DNA from: Candidatus Pelagibacterales bacterium
GTDB taxonomy: Bacteria > Pseudomonadota > Alphaproteobacteria > Pelagibacterales > Pelagibacteraceae
Direction of reading: 5' to 3'
Assembly (NCBI GenBank): GCA_965235975.1
Contig: CBDDZZ010000002.1
Coordinates: forward strand, 208,202 to 272,201
DNA: 64,000 nt
Shown one piece after another: positions 1 through 9,963 of the stretch (within the stretch, counting starts at the first letter, position 1; each line of letters begins with the position of its first letter). Made by a program: the position numbers and the translations under genes. The notes under the pieces were generated by a model. It saw only the letters and a program-made list of their open reading frames with translations. It was not told the DNA's origin and made no database searches.

Positions 1-254
1 GTTATTCTTTTTATGGATTTAATTAAATGATAAACTTGATCATTCATATCTAACTTAGCTAAAAAATATCCTGGAAAGTATTTTTTCTCAGAAGTTGTTC
101 TTTTTCCTTTTTTTACTTCTGTAACTTCATGAGTTGGAACTAATGTCTGTTCGAAATGATGTGCTAGGCCTTCTTTTTCAAGTTTTTCAGGTATTAAACC
201 AGCTACTTTTTTTTCTGCTCCTGAATGTGCCTGAATAATATACCATTTCATCAT
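1..254 (-). CDS. nusG: Transcription termination/antitermination factor NusG (5' part; runs off the window edge)
   Basis: Manual translation MMKWYIIQAHSGAEKKVAG...VPTHEVTEVKKGKRTTSEKKYFPGYIL; directly downstream of secE. Confidence 0.95.
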   Translation of the reverse strand, partial: MMKWYIIQAHSGAEKKVAGLIPEKLEKEGLAHHFEQTLVPTHEVTEVKKGKRTTSEKKYFPGYFLAKLDMNDQVYHLIKSIKRI

Positions 255-257
255 AAA

Positions 258-443
258 TTAAATTCCTAGTAAATAATTTAGACCGAATTTAAAAATTTGA
301 TCCAGTAACAAAAAAAATAAAGCAGCAATTACTGACATTGCAAAAACTGTTAATGCGCCAATGCTAGTTTCTTTTCTTGTTGGCCAAGATATTTTTAAAG
401 CCTCCTGCTTAACAGATCTTAAAAATTCAATAGGATTAAACAT
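258..443 (-). CDS. secE: Preprotein translocase subunit SecE
   Basis: EALKISWPTRKE motif plus one TM helix; tuf-trnW-secE-nusG order. Confidence 0.95.
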   Translation of the reverse strand: MFNPIEFLRSVKQEALKISWPTRKETSIGALTVFAMSVIAALFFLLLDQIFKFGLNYLLGI

Positions 444-456
444 ATTTAATAATCTG

Positions 457-532
457 TGGCAGGAGTGGAGGGACTTGAACCCGCAACCTCCGGTTTTGGA
501 GACCGGCGCTCTACCAATTGAGCTACACTCCT
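457..532 (-). tRNA. tRNA-Trp(CCA)
   Basis: AGGAGTGTAGCTCAATTGGTAGAGCGCCGGTCTCCAAAACCGG...GGTTCAAGTCCCTCCACTCCTGCCA cloverleaf. Confidence 0.97.
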
Positions 533-537
533 AAGAT

Positions 538-1725
538 TTATTCTATAATCTTAGTTACTACTCCAGCTCCTACGGTTCTTCCTCCTTCTCTAATCGCAAA
601 TTTTAAATTATTGTCCATTGCAATTGGAGTGATTAACGTAACAGTCATTTTTGCATCATCACCAGGCATAATCATTTCAACACCAGCTGGTAACGCAACT
701 TCGCCTGTAACATCTGTAGTTCTAAAATAAAACTGAGGACGATATTTAGTAAAGAATGGAGTATGTCTTCCACCCTCCTCTTTTTTCAAAATGTAAGCTT
801 GAGCTTCAAATTTAGTATGAGGCTTGATTGATCCTGGTTTAGCCAAAACCTGTCCTCTTTCTACTTGGTCACGTTCAATACCTCTTAAAAGAATACCAAC
901 GTTATCTCCAGCTTCACCTGAGTCTAAAAGTTTTCTAAACATTTCAACGCCCGTACAAACAGATTTTTGTGTAGCTTTAATTCCGATGATTTCCATTTCC
1001 TCACCAGTTTTAATTGCACCAGCTTCAATTCTGCCGGTAACAACAGTTCCTCGACCAGAGATCGAAAATACATCTTCGATAGGCATTAAAAATGGTTTTT
1101 CTTTTGGTCTGTTTGGTTGTGGAATAAATGCATCAACTGCTTCCATCAACGCAAGAATTGGTTTGTCTCCAAGTTCAACATCACCTTCTATTGCTTTTAA
1201 TGCTGATCCTTTAATAATTGGAGTTTTATCTCCTGGATATCCATATGATGTAAGTAATTCTCTTATCTCCATTTCAACAAGATCTAAAAGTTCTTTGTCA
1301 TTTACAGTGTCAACTTTATTTAAAAAAACAACTAGAGCCGGAACTCCGACTTGTCTTGCTAAAAGAATATGTTCTCTTGTTTGTGGCATAGGACCATCAG
1401 CTGCATTAACAACTAGAATAGCTCCATCCATTTGTGCAGCACCTGTAATCATATTTTTTACATAGTCGGCATGTCCTGGACAGTCGACATGCGCGTAATG
1501 ACGTTTAGCTGTTTCGTATTCAACGTGAGCTGTAGAAATAGTAATACCTCTTGCTTTTTCTTCTGGTGTTTTGTCAATCTGATCGTAAGCAACAAATTTT
1601 GCTCCGCCAGCTTTTGCAAGAACTTTTGTGATCGCGGCTGTTAAAGTTGTTTTACCATGATCGACGTGACCAATAGTACCAATGTTACAATGTGGTTTCG
1701 TTCTCTGAAATTTTTCCTTAGACAT
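538..1725 (-). CDS. tuf: Elongation factor Tu
   Basis: [30 protein letters not shown]-terminal [10 protein letters not shown]. Confidence 0.99.
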   Translation of the reverse strand: MSKEKFQRTKPHCNIGTIGHVDHGKTTLTAAITKVLAKAGGAKFVAYDQIDKTPEEKARGITISTAHVEYETAKRHYAHVDCPGHADYVKNMITGAAQMDGAILVVNAADGPMPQTREHILLARQVGVPALVVFLNKVDTVNDKELLDLVEMEIRELLTSYGYPGDKTPIIKGSALKAIEGDVELGDKPILALMEAVDAFIPQPNRPKEKPFLMPIEDVFSISGRGTVVTGRIEAGAIKTGEEMEIIGIKATQKSVCTGVEMFRKLLDSGEAGDNVGILLRGIERDQVERGQVLAKPGSIKPHTKFEAQAYILKKEEGGRHTPFFTKYRPQFYFRTTDVTGEVALPAGVEMIMPGDDAKMTVTLITPIAMDNNLKFAIREGGRTVGAGVVTKIIE

Positions 1726-1766
1726 TTACTTTTTCTACACCTCTCAGTTTATTATTAATTTTTACT

Positions 1767-1840
1767 TGGAGCGGGTGAAGAGAATCGAACTCTCACAACC
1801 AGCTTGGAAGGCTGGAGTTCTACCATTGAACTACACCCGC
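1767..1840 (-). tRNA. tRNA-Gly(TCC)
   Basis: GCGGGTGTAGTTCAATGGTAGAACTCCAGCCTTCCAAGCTGG...CACCCGCTCCA. Confidence 0.97.
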
Positions 1841-1905
1841 GTAACCAAACCTTACTCCTAATTTTATTTTGTTGCCAACACTTCTTTTCTTTAAACACTC
1901 CCTCT

Positions 1906-1991
1906 TGGTGGAGGGGGAAGGATTCGAACCTTCGTAGGCCGGAGCCAACGGTTTTACAGACCGTCACCTTTAACCACTCGGTCACCCCTCC
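1906..1991 (-). tRNA. tRNA-Tyr(GTA)
   Basis: GGAGGGGTGACCGAGTGGTTAAAGGTGACGGTCTGTAAAACCGT, long variable arm, ends CCCTCCACCA. Confidence 0.97.
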
Positions 1992-2113
1992 AATTTTTCA
2001 CAAAACGACGGAGGTTTTGCTTTGAGTGGCTTTCAAGTGTTCTAAAAAAGAAAAATTTTACAACACAACTCCCTAACCACACTATTGCGATTTTGAAGCT
2101 TAAAATTAGGCGG

Positions 2114-2142
2114 AATATAATTAGAGAGTAATATTAATGCAA
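2114..2142 (-). promoter_or_regulatory. Sigma70-type promoter for the tRNA-Tyr/tRNA-Gly/tuf operon
   Basis: Minus strand TTGCAT-17 nt-TATATT followed by the GC-rich discriminator CCGCC. Confidence 0.6.
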
Positions 2143-2185
2143 TACATTTTTAGCTCAAATTAAGATAGTTATATCAATTAAATCA

Positions 2186-2923
2186 ATGAAAACAGGTGCA
2201 TTTTGGATAGGCGGCAAACACGCAGTTTTATCTGCTATCAAAAACCCTAAAAGAAAAATAAATAAACTTATTATTACGGAAGAAAATCAGAAAGATTTTA
2301 ATCCTAAAAATTTCAATAAAAAAATTTTAATTGAAACAAAAGATAAAAAAGAGATAGATAAAATTTTTATTAGTGAAAATATTGTACATCAAGGTGTAGC
2401 TGCTGAGATAGAAAGTATTCCAACAGTAGAGTTAAAAGAGTATTTAAAAAGTAAAAGTAATTCAAAAAATACATTAGTTGTACTAGACGATATTACAGAT
2501 CAAAGAAATATAGGCTCAATAATAAGATCATGCAGCGCTTTTAATATTGATGCTGTTATTCTTTTAGAAAAAAATTATAACCCTAAAAACAAGATGATGT
2601 ACAAAAGTGCTAGTGGGGCAATGGAACTTGTGAACATTATTCCGGTCTCAAATATTACAAACGCACTAGAAGTTTTGAAGAAAAATAATTATTGGGTATA
2701 TGGACTGGATGGTAATGCAAAAGAAAATATTGAAGATCAAAAATGGTCGAACCAGAATGTTTTTGTGTTTGGATCTGAAGGAGATGGTCTTAGAAGGTTA
2801 GTAAAAGAAAACTGTGATCATCTTATTAAAATTCAAATTAACAAAGAAATTGAGAGTTTGAATGTTTCTAATGCAGTCTCAACAACTTTGGGTATTTTTA
2901 GATTACTTGAGAGAAAAAATTAA
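2186..2923 (+). CDS. rlmB: 23S rRNA Gm2251 2'-O-methyltransferase (SpoU/TrmH family)
   Basis: HQGV, LDDITDQRNIGSIIRS, GSEGDGL, ESLNVSNA SPOUT motifs. Confidence 0.92.
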   Translation: MKTGAFWIGGKHAVLSAIKNPKRKINKLIITEENQKDFNPKNFNKKILIETKDKKEIDKIFISENIVHQGVAAEIESIPTVELKEYLKSKSNSKNTLVVLDDITDQRNIGSIIRSCSAFNIDAVILLEKNYNPKNKMMYKSASGAMELVNIIPVSNITNALEVLKKNNYWVYGLDGNAKENIEDQKWSNQNVFVFGSEGDGLRRLVKENCDHLIKIQINKEIESLNVSNAVSTTLGIFRLLERKN

Positions 2924-3555
2924 AATCCAAAACTAGATTTTATTCCATCTACAATAAATTGAATTGCGAGAGATGCCAAAATTAAAGCTATTACTCTTGA
3001 AAATACATTTAAAATATTTTTACTAGTATAGTTTGCAAGAATTGCAGAAAATATCATGTGAAATAAAGTTACAATCATTACAAAAGTTAAAGCAATATAA
3101 ACCATTATTAATTTTTCTGGGTTGTTCGAGCTAGCATTTACTAAAAGCAAAACAGAAGTTAAAGCTGCTGGTCCAGCAATTAATGGAATGGCGAGTGGAA
3201 AAATTGAAATTTCTTCTAAAGTTTTTTCACTTAAAACTTTATTAGCACTCTCCTCTCTTCTTAGTCTTCTTTTATCTAAGAGCATTTCAATTGAAATAAT
3301 AAATAAAATTATACCACCTGCAATTTTTAGAGAGTCTATTGATACCCCAATCCAATTAAAGAAAAATTTTCCTCCGTATGCAAAAACAATTAATACTATA
3401 AAAGCAATTAAGGATGCTTTAATTGCAATTTTAAATCTTTGCGCTTTTGTTGCTCCTTCAGTTAATAATAAAAATAAAGGTCCAATCCCTGCTGCATCTA
3501 TAGCAACAAATAAAACTGCAAAAGAATTAAAAAAAGTTGAACTCATAATTAACAT
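2920..3555 (-). CDS. MarC family integral membrane protein
   Basis: IAGGIILF and FPLAIPLIAGPAALT motifs; about six hydrophobic segments. Confidence 0.9.
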   Translation of the reverse strand: MLIMSSTFFNSFAVLFVAIDAAGIGPLFLLLTEGATKAQRFKIAIKASLIAFIVLIVFAYGGKFFFNWIGVSIDSLKIAGGIILFIISIEMLLDKRRLRREESANKVLSEKTLEEISIFPLAIPLIAGPAALTSVLLLVNASSNNPEKLIMVYIALTFVMIVTLFHMIFSAILANYTSKNILNVFSRVIALILASLAIQFIVDGIKSSFGF

Positions 3556-3561
3556 TTATTT

Positions 3562-3639
3562 TGGCGGGAGTGACGGGACTCGAACCCGCGGCCTCCTGCG
3601 TGACAGGCAGGCGCTCTAACCAAGCTGAGCTACACCCCC
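3562..3639 (-). tRNA. tRNA-Asp(GTC)
   Basis: GGGGGTGTAGCTCAGCTTGGTTAGAGCGCCTGCCTGTCACGCAGG...CACTCCCGCCA. Confidence 0.97.
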
Positions 3640-3676
3640 AAAAAAAGCGGTGCAGACAAAATTATGCTGTCACCAC
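3640..3676 (-). terminator. Terminator-like hairpin plus U-tract immediately 5' of tRNA-Asp
   Basis: Minus strand GTGGTG-A-CAG...CTG-CACCGC-TTTTTTT. Confidence 0.45.
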
Positions 3677-3711
3677 AATTTAAAATAAGTAATCAAATCT
3701 TATATATAGAA

Positions 3712-4068
3712 TTATACAAAATGTCTTTTTAATTTTACTTTAGGAATTTGAAGACAATAAATATGAGCCTCTGTTTTCTTTTTATTCTTTAAGTAAACAT
3801 CAGTTTTTGTTCTGAAATAATGTTGACCTTCAAAATAATCGATTTTTTTCCATATATTTTTAAGAATGTATGAGGTTAATAAATAGCCGTTTATTTTTTT
3901 ACCTTTAGAATCGGAAATAATCGCATCATACTCAATATCTTTTTCTAACTTTATTTTTCTAACAAAACCAAATGTGAATGCTTTTTGCCAACAACCAAAA
4001 ATATTTTTTAAAATAAAAAAATTTTTATTATTTGGCATTAAACTGCCGTAAACGAACAATTTATCCAT
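3712..4068 (-). CDS. Gamma-glutamylcyclotransferase (GGCT/AIG2-like) family protein
   Basis: N-terminal LFVYGSLM; IDYFEGQHYFR; AHIY. Confidence 0.85.
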   Translation of the reverse strand: MDKLFVYGSLMPNNKNFFILKNIFGCWQKAFTFGFVRKIKLEKDIEYDAIISDSKGKKINGYLLTSYILKNIWKKIDYFEGQHYFRTKTDVYLKNKKKTEAHIYCLQIPKVKLKRHFV

Positions 4069-4075
4069 AACTTTA

Positions 4076-4150
4076 TGGTGGGCATCGTAAGAATCGAACT
4101 TACCACCCCTTGCGTGTCGAGCAAGTGTTCTACCAATGAACTAGATGCCC
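4076..4150 (-). tRNA. tRNA-Val(GAC) with C at position 33
   Basis: GGGCATCTAGTTCATTGGTAGAACA-CTTGC-TCGACAC-GCAAG...GATGCCCACCA; A73 discriminator. Confidence 0.9.
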
Positions 4151-4164
4151 TTAAAAGTAAACAA

Positions 4165-4240
4165 TGGTGGGCGATGAGAGACTCGAACTCCCGACCCTCT
4201 CGGTGTAAACGAGATGCTCTACCAACTGAGCTAATCGCCC
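4165..4240 (-). tRNA. tRNA-Val(TAC)
   Basis: GGGCGATTAGCTCAGTTGGTAGAGCATCTCGTTTACACCGAG...ATCGCCCACCA. Confidence 0.97.
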
Positions 4241-4291
4241 TTTTAATTTAAAAATCTTGTATAACAGTAATTAGCAAAAGTGAAATAATAA

Positions 4292-4546
4292 TTACTTAGG
4301 TAAATACTTTTTAAATGCTGTAGTTTTTGAGAATACTTTTCCTTTTAAAAGATTAAATGTATTTTCATCGTCTTTTTTAATTTTTGAGCAAGTAATTAAA
4401 CCGTACTGATCTGCAAATTGATTTTTATAAAATGTCTGTTTATTTTTAAAATCACTCACACAATTCTTTAAATAATCACTAGGATAAAAAAACCAGATAA
4501 TAAGCAACAGAGGAATTATATACCAATATTTTTTAATTATTTTCAT
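4292..4546 (-). CDS. Hypothetical membrane-anchored protein (84 aa)
   Basis: N-terminal basic plus hydrophobic segment, two Cys; fills the intergenic space. Confidence 0.6.
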   Translation of the reverse strand: MKIIKKYWYIIPLLLIIWFFYPSDYLKNCVSDFKNKQTFYKNQFADQYGLITCSKIKKDDENTFNLLKGKVFSKTTAFKKYLPK

Positions 4547-4604
4547 TTTTTATTATTAAGTACTATTTATTAACTAAAAATATATAAGTTAAGAAAAATT
4601 TATT

Positions 4605-5432
4605 ATGGATTGGATACAAATTTTTAATCTTTTAATTGTAATGATGATGGCCGCTTCAGTTGCTGGCTTTATGGCAGGTCTCCTTGGTGTAGGAGGCGGC
4701 TTAGTAATGGTTCCTGCACTTTATTATGCATTTACAGTTCTTGATTATGAAATGGCAACTAAAATGCATTTAGCTTTAGGAACTTCTTTAGCAATTATTA
4801 TACCTACATCTATCATGTCTACTCGTACGCACATGAAATTTAATGCAGTTGATTTTGGCCTGATAAAGTCTTTTGGTATTTATATTGTTTTAGGTGTCAT
4901 CGTTGGAACTTTATTGGCATCTAATCTAAAAACAGCCAATTTAGTATTATTTTTTTCAGTTTTTGCATTCTTGGTGGGTTTGTTTTTCTTATTTTTAAAA
5001 TCAAAATTAGAAGAAACTGAAAGAAATATTCCAAAAATTTATAAAATTATTATTGGAAATTTTATAGGTTTTATTTCAGTGCCTTTAGGTATTGGTGGGG
5101 GGTCACTATCAGTGCCCTTTATGAGATTATTTGGTTACGATATGAGAAAGGCTATTGGAACATCTGCAGCTATTGGAATTTTGATTGCAATTTCAGGAAC
5201 TATTAGCATGATTTTAAGTGGAGCTATATTTGCGGTAGTTAATTCCCCACTTAGTTTTGGTTACTTTAATCTTGCGGGTTTTTTAGTTTTTGTACCGGTA
5301 ACTATGCTAATGGCCCCACTTGGGGCGAAAGTTGTACATAAAGTAAGTAGAAACTTAATTACAAAAATTTTTGGAATTTATTTAATTCTAATTTCTTTAA
5401 GAAGCTTTATGGAATATTTAAATATTAAATAA
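4605..5432 (+). CDS. TauE/SafE (TSUP) family permease
   Basis: AGLLGVGGGLVMVP and its repeat PLGIGGGSLSVP; AIGTSAA; multiple TM helices. Confidence 0.9.
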   Translation: MDWIQIFNLLIVMMMAASVAGFMAGLLGVGGGLVMVPALYYAFTVLDYEMATKMHLALGTSLAIIIPTSIMSTRTHMKFNAVDFGLIKSFGIYIVLGVIVGTLLASNLKTANLVLFFSVFAFLVGLFFLFLKSKLEETERNIPKIYKIIIGNFIGFISVPLGIGGGSLSVPFMRLFGYDMRKAIGTSAAIGILIAISGTISMILSGAIFAVVNSPLSFGYFNLAGFLVFVPVTMLMAPLGAKVVHKVSRNLITKIFGIYLILISLRSFMEYLNIK

Positions 5433-5433
5433 T

Positions 5434-7846
5434 TTAATTAACTGGTCTTTCGTTTGAAACTTCTTTTAGTTTTTGAGTTTGCGACATATCAATTTCAACC
5501 CAATCGATTGGTGTTAATGATTTAGTCAAAGCAACTTTAAGGACTTCATCAACAGTTTTAACAGGTATAATTTTTAAACCATCAATTACATTCTTTGGAA
5601 TCTCAGCAAGATCTTTCTCATTTTCATCAGGTATTAAGACAGTTTTAATCCCGCCTCTTAAGGCTGCTAATAATTTTTCTTTTAAACCGCCAATTGGAAG
5701 TACCCTTCCTCTTAATGTAACTTCTCCAGTCATAGCCACATCTCTTTTAACAGAAATTCCAGTTAATGATGAAACAATTGATGTAACCATTGCTATACCT
5801 GCTGATGGTCCATCTTTAGGCGTTGCTCCTTCAGGAACGTGAATGTGAATATCTTTTTTTTCAAAAACAGGAGGAATAATACCGTACTCTAAACATCTAG
5901 ATCTAACAAAAGATTTTGCGGCTTTTACAGACTCCTGCATTACTTCACCTAGTTTTCCAGTAATTTCCATCTTGCCTTTGCCTGGCATTATCAAAGATTC
6001 TATAGTTAACAATTCACCACCAACCTCCGTCCAAGCAAGACCAGTTACAATTCCTGTGCCATCTTTATTTTCAATTTCACCGTATTTGAATTTTTTAACG
6101 CCAAGATAATCATTAAGATTTTTTTCATCAATTTTAATCAAATCTTTGGTTTTAGTTACAATATCTTTAACCCCTTTTCTTGCTAGTTTTGAAATCTCTC
6201 TTTCTAAACTTCTAACTCCAGACTCTCTTGTGTAGTATCTAATAATATCCTTCAGTGCTTCGTCAGACACGGCCCATTCCCCTTGCTTTAATCCGTTTTC
6301 TTTAATTTGTTTTGGTAAAAGATATTTTTTAGCAATTTCCATTTTTTCATCTTCTGTGTAACCAGAGATTCTAATTACTTCCATCCTGTCTAATAATGGA
6401 CCATGAATGTTTAAAGTATTTGCGGTAGTTACAAACATTACATTGGACAAATCATAATCTACTTCAAGATAGTGATCGTTAAATGTTGTATTTTGTTCTG
6501 GGTCCAATGCCTCTAATAATGCTGATGAAGGATCTCCTCTATAGTCATTACCAATTTTATCAATTTCATCTAATAAAATTAAAGGATTATTTTTTCCAGA
6601 TTTTTTCATCATCTGAATTATTTTTCCAGGTAAAGATCCTATATATGTTCTTCTATGCCCTCTAATCTCTGCTTCGTCTCTAATACCACCTAGAGGACAT
6701 TCTTACAAATTCTCTTCCTGTAGCTTTCGCTATAGATTTACCTAAAGACGTTTTTCCCACCCCTGGCGCTCCTACTAAACAAAGAATAGGTCCTTTGATT
6801 TTATTAATTCTACTCTGCACTGCCAAAAATTCTAAGATTCTATCTTTTACTTTTTCTAAACCATAATGATCTTCATCAAGAATTTTTTTTGCATTGTTAA
6901 TGTCGGTATTAACTTTTGAGGTTTTTCCCCAAGGCAATGAAACCATCCAATCTAAATAATTTCTAACAACAGTAGACTCCGCAGACATTGGACTCATTGA
7001 TTTTAATTTTTTTAATTCCGATAAAGATTTTTCTTCAGCCTCTTTTGGCATTTTAGCTTTTTTAATAGCCTCTTCTAAATTTTGAGTCTCATCTTTTCCA
7101 TCTTCTGTTTCGCCTAATTCTTTTTGAATAGCTTTTAACTGTTCATTTAAATAATATTCTCTTTGAGTTTTTTCCATTTGGTTTTTAACTCTGCCTCTAA
7201 TTTTTTTCTCAACTGATAAAACTTCAATCTCACTCTCAATAAAAGTTAAAAGAGACTCTAATCTATTCTGAACAGATAAATTTTCTAAAATTTTTTGTTT
7301 TTCAACTAAACTAATTTGTAATTGATTAGCTACTGCATCAGCAATTTTTGATGGTTCTTTTGTATCTTTAATTGTTTCAAGACCTTCTTCTGATACTTTT
7401 TTTGAGACTTTAACTAATTTATCAAATTTATTTAAAACTGCTTTTGATAATAAAGATAAATCTTCTTTACCAAGATCGTCCGCTAATGTTGAGCAAGAAG
7501 CCAACAAAAAATTCTTCTCTTCATTATGATATTGATTAATTTTTACTCTTTCTTTCCCTTCTACTAAAATTTTTACTGTTCCATCTGGAAGTTTTAACAA
7601 TTGTAATATTTCGCCTAAGCAACCAACTTGGTAGATTTCATTATCTTTTGGATCATCTACATCATGACTTTTTTGTGCAGCAAGTATAATTTTCTTATAC
7701 TTATCCATGACATTATTTAAGGCGTTAATAGACTTTTCTCTTCCAACAAAAAGTGGAACTACCATTCCAGGAAAAACAACAATATCTCTTAAAGGCAATA
7801 CTGGATATTGAGCCTGATTATTTTTTTGCGATTCTTTAACTTCCAT
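5434..7846 (-). CDS. lon: Lon (La) protease; split by a +1 insertion near 6695, probably a sequencing error
   Basis: [13 protein letters not shown]-domain, GAPGVGKTS Walker [14 protein letters not shown] catalytic Ser; removing one C restores [15 protein letters not shown]. Confidence 0.95.
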
Positions 7847-7862
7847 AAATGAATAATAGTAA

Positions 7863-7880
7863 TTGTTATATTTATAACAA
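7863..7880. promoter_or_regulatory. Perfect inverted repeat in the lon leader (candidate operator or hairpin)
   Basis: TTGTTATA-TT-TATAACAA. Confidence 0.4.
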
Positions 7881-7890
7881 GATTAACTTT

Positions 7891-7918
7891 ATATGGGGAC
7901 GTTTAATGCAATTTCAAC
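7891..7918 (-). promoter_or_regulatory. Sigma32 (RpoH) heat-shock promoter of lon
   Basis: Minus strand GTTGAAA-13 nt-CCCCATAT, matching the RpoH consensus. Confidence 0.85.
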
Positions 7919-7927
7919 TGTGAATAA

Positions 7928-9211
7928 CTAGCCTATTTTACTCTCTTTATTATTTACTGAAGCGTTAGAAGTTTGATTGTTTTTCTTTGAATAAGTTAGT
8001 AATGGCTTTATTTTTCCCTCCACAACATCTTTATTAATCACGACCTCACTTATGTTTGATTGTGAAGGGAGCTCAAACATTGTTTCAAGCAAAATATCCT
8101 CTAATATTGATCTAAGTCCTCTCGCGCCTGTTTTTCTAACCAAAGCTTTTTTAGCGATAGCGGATAATGAGTCTTTTGTAAAAGTAAGTTTTGCTCCTTC
8201 AATTTCAAAAAGTTTAGCATATTGTTTTAGAAGTGCATTTTTTGGTTCTTGTAAAATTTTAATTAGAGCCTCTTCATGTAAATCGTCTAAAGTAGCAACT
8301 ATTGGAAGTCTTCCTATAAATTCAGGTATAAGCCCAAATTTTAATAAATCCTCTGGCTCTAGCTCTTTTAATATTTGACCGGTATTCTTATTGTCGTGTT
8401 CTCTAATTGTTGCACCAAAACCCATTGCGGTGCCCTTGCTTCTTAATGATACAATCTTTTCTAATCCACCAAAAGCTCCTCCGCAAATAAATAGAATATT
8501 AGTTGTGTTAACTTGTAAAAATTCTTGTTGAGGATGTTTTCTTCCCCCTTGTGGTGGAACACTTGCAACTGTTCCTTCCATAATTTTTAAAAGGGCCTGC
8601 TGAACTCCTTCTCCAGAAACGTCTCTTGTAATAGAAGGGTTCTCGGTTTTTCTACTAATTTTATCAACTTCATCAATATAAACAATTCCTCTTTGTGCTT
8701 TTTCAACATTATAATCTGCAGCTTGTAATAATTTTAGAATAATATTTTCAACATCTTCTCCAACATAACCTGCCTCAGTTAATGTAGTAGCGTCAGCCAT
8801 AGTAAATGGAACATCTAAAATTTTTGCAAGTGTTTGTGCTAATAAAGTTTTTCCACAACCCGTTGGACCTATAAGCAAAACGTTAGATTTTGAAATTTCA
8901 ACATCTTTACTACTTTTAGAATCTTGATTTAATCTTTTATAATGATTGTGTACCGCAACAGATAAAACTTTTTTTGCTTTATCTTGACCGATTACATACT
9001 CATCTAAAACTTTGCAAATTTCTTTTGGTGTTGGAACCCCAGCATCATCTTTAACAAAATTACTTTTGTTTTCTTCTTTGATGATGTCCATACAAAGTTC
9101 GACACACTCATCACATATAAAAACTGTTGGACCGGCTATAAGTTTTCTAACTTCGTGCTGGCTTTTTCCGCAGAAGGAGCAATAAAGTGTATTTTTATTA
9201 TCTTTAGCCAT
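7928..9211 (-). CDS. clpX: ATP-dependent Clp protease ATP-binding subunit ClpX
   Basis: CSFCGK zinc finger, [27 protein letters not shown]. Confidence 0.99.
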   Translation of the reverse strand: MAKDNKNTLYCSFCGKSQHEVRKLIAGPTVFICDECVELCMDIIKEENKSNFVKDDAGVPTPKEICKVLDEYVIGQDKAKKVLSVAVHNHYKRLNQDSKSSKDVEISKSNVLLIGPTGCGKTLLAQTLAKILDVPFTMADATTLTEAGYVGEDVENIILKLLQAADYNVEKAQRGIVYIDEVDKISRKTENPSITRDVSGEGVQQALLKIMEGTVASVPPQGGRKHPQQEFLQVNTTNILFICGGAFGGLEKIVSLRSKGTAMGFGATIREHDNKNTGQILKELEPEDLLKFGLIPEFIGRLPIVATLDDLHEEALIKILQEPKNALLKQYAKLFEIEGAKLTFTKDSLSAIAKKALVRKTGARGLRSILEDILLETMFELPSQSNISEVVINKDVVEGKIKPLLTYSKKNNQTSNASVNNKESKIG

Positions 9212-9284
9212 GTTTAAAATGATCGAATCAGTAAGAATTTATAAAACAATGACTTGCCTCTAAAAGCAAGTCTAAGTTGAATCT

Positions 9285-9300
9285 AATCAATATGTTGTGT
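9285..9300. promoter_or_regulatory. NrdR-box-like palindrome between clpP and clpX
   Basis: aatCAAtATgTTGtgt versus the consensus acaCwAtATaTwGtgt. Confidence 0.3.
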
Positions 9301-9322
9301 GTAAATTATATGTATAATTCAA

Positions 9323-9937
9323 CTAATCGAGTTTTTTTTCCACTACTTTATCAATAATACCAAAATCTTTAGCTTCTTCAGGACTCATAAACTTATCCCT
9401 CTCTAAAGCTTCTTGAATTGATTTTATATCTTTGCCAGTATGCTTTGAGTAAATTTCATTAAGTCGTTTTTTTACATAAGAAATTTCATTAGCATGAATT
9501 TGGATATCTGTTGCTTGTCCTTGAAAACCAGCTGAAGGTTGATGAACCATTATACGTGCGTTAGGTAAAGAAAATCTATGACCCTTCTCACCCGCTGCTA
9601 ACAAGAACGAACCCATGGAAGCTGCCTGTCCAATACAAATTGTTGAAACAGGTGATTTTACATATTGCATGGTATCATAAATTCCAAGTCCATCAGTAAC
9701 AATGCCTCCAGGACTATTAATATATAAAAAAATTTCTTTTTTTGGATTTTCAGACTCTAAAAAAAGTAATTGAGCGCAGACTAAACTTGCAACATGAGAA
9801 TTTACCGGTCCAACCAAAAAAATAATTCTCTCTTTTAATAGTCTAGAATATATATCGTAAGCTCTTTCACCTCTGCTGGTCTGTTCAACCACCATTGGAA
9901 TGAGAGTATTCATTTGGATATCAATCTGATCATTCAT
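9323..9937 (-). CDS. clpP: ClpP protease proteolytic subunit
   Basis: [31 protein letters not shown]. Confidence 0.99.
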   Translation of the reverse strand: MNDQIDIQMNTLIPMVVEQTSRGERAYDIYSRLLKERIIFLVGPVNSHVASLVCAQLLFLESENPKKEIFLYINSPGGIVTDGLGIYDTMQYVKSPVSTICIGQAASMGSFLLAAGEKGHRFSLPNARIMVHQPSAGFQGQATDIQIHANEISYVKKRLNEIYSKHTGKDIKSIQEALERDKFMSPEEAKDFGIIDKVVEKKLD

Positions 9938-9963
9938 AGAGAATCAGATTCTACAAGCTTTGC

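Noticed and set aside
1555-1580. EF-Tu reads DKTPEE rather than DKAPEE/DNAPEE
   Set aside because: A single substitution that cannot be distinguished from error or neutral change
3562-4546. Integrated element at the tRNA cluster
   Set aside because: No integrase, no duplicated tRNA 3' end (att site) and no evident compositional shift
6612-6700. Naturally split or programmed-frameshift Lon
   Set aside because: The break falls inside the AAA+ core with no slippery sequence or stimulatory structure; the same +1 pattern recurs in many unrelated genes
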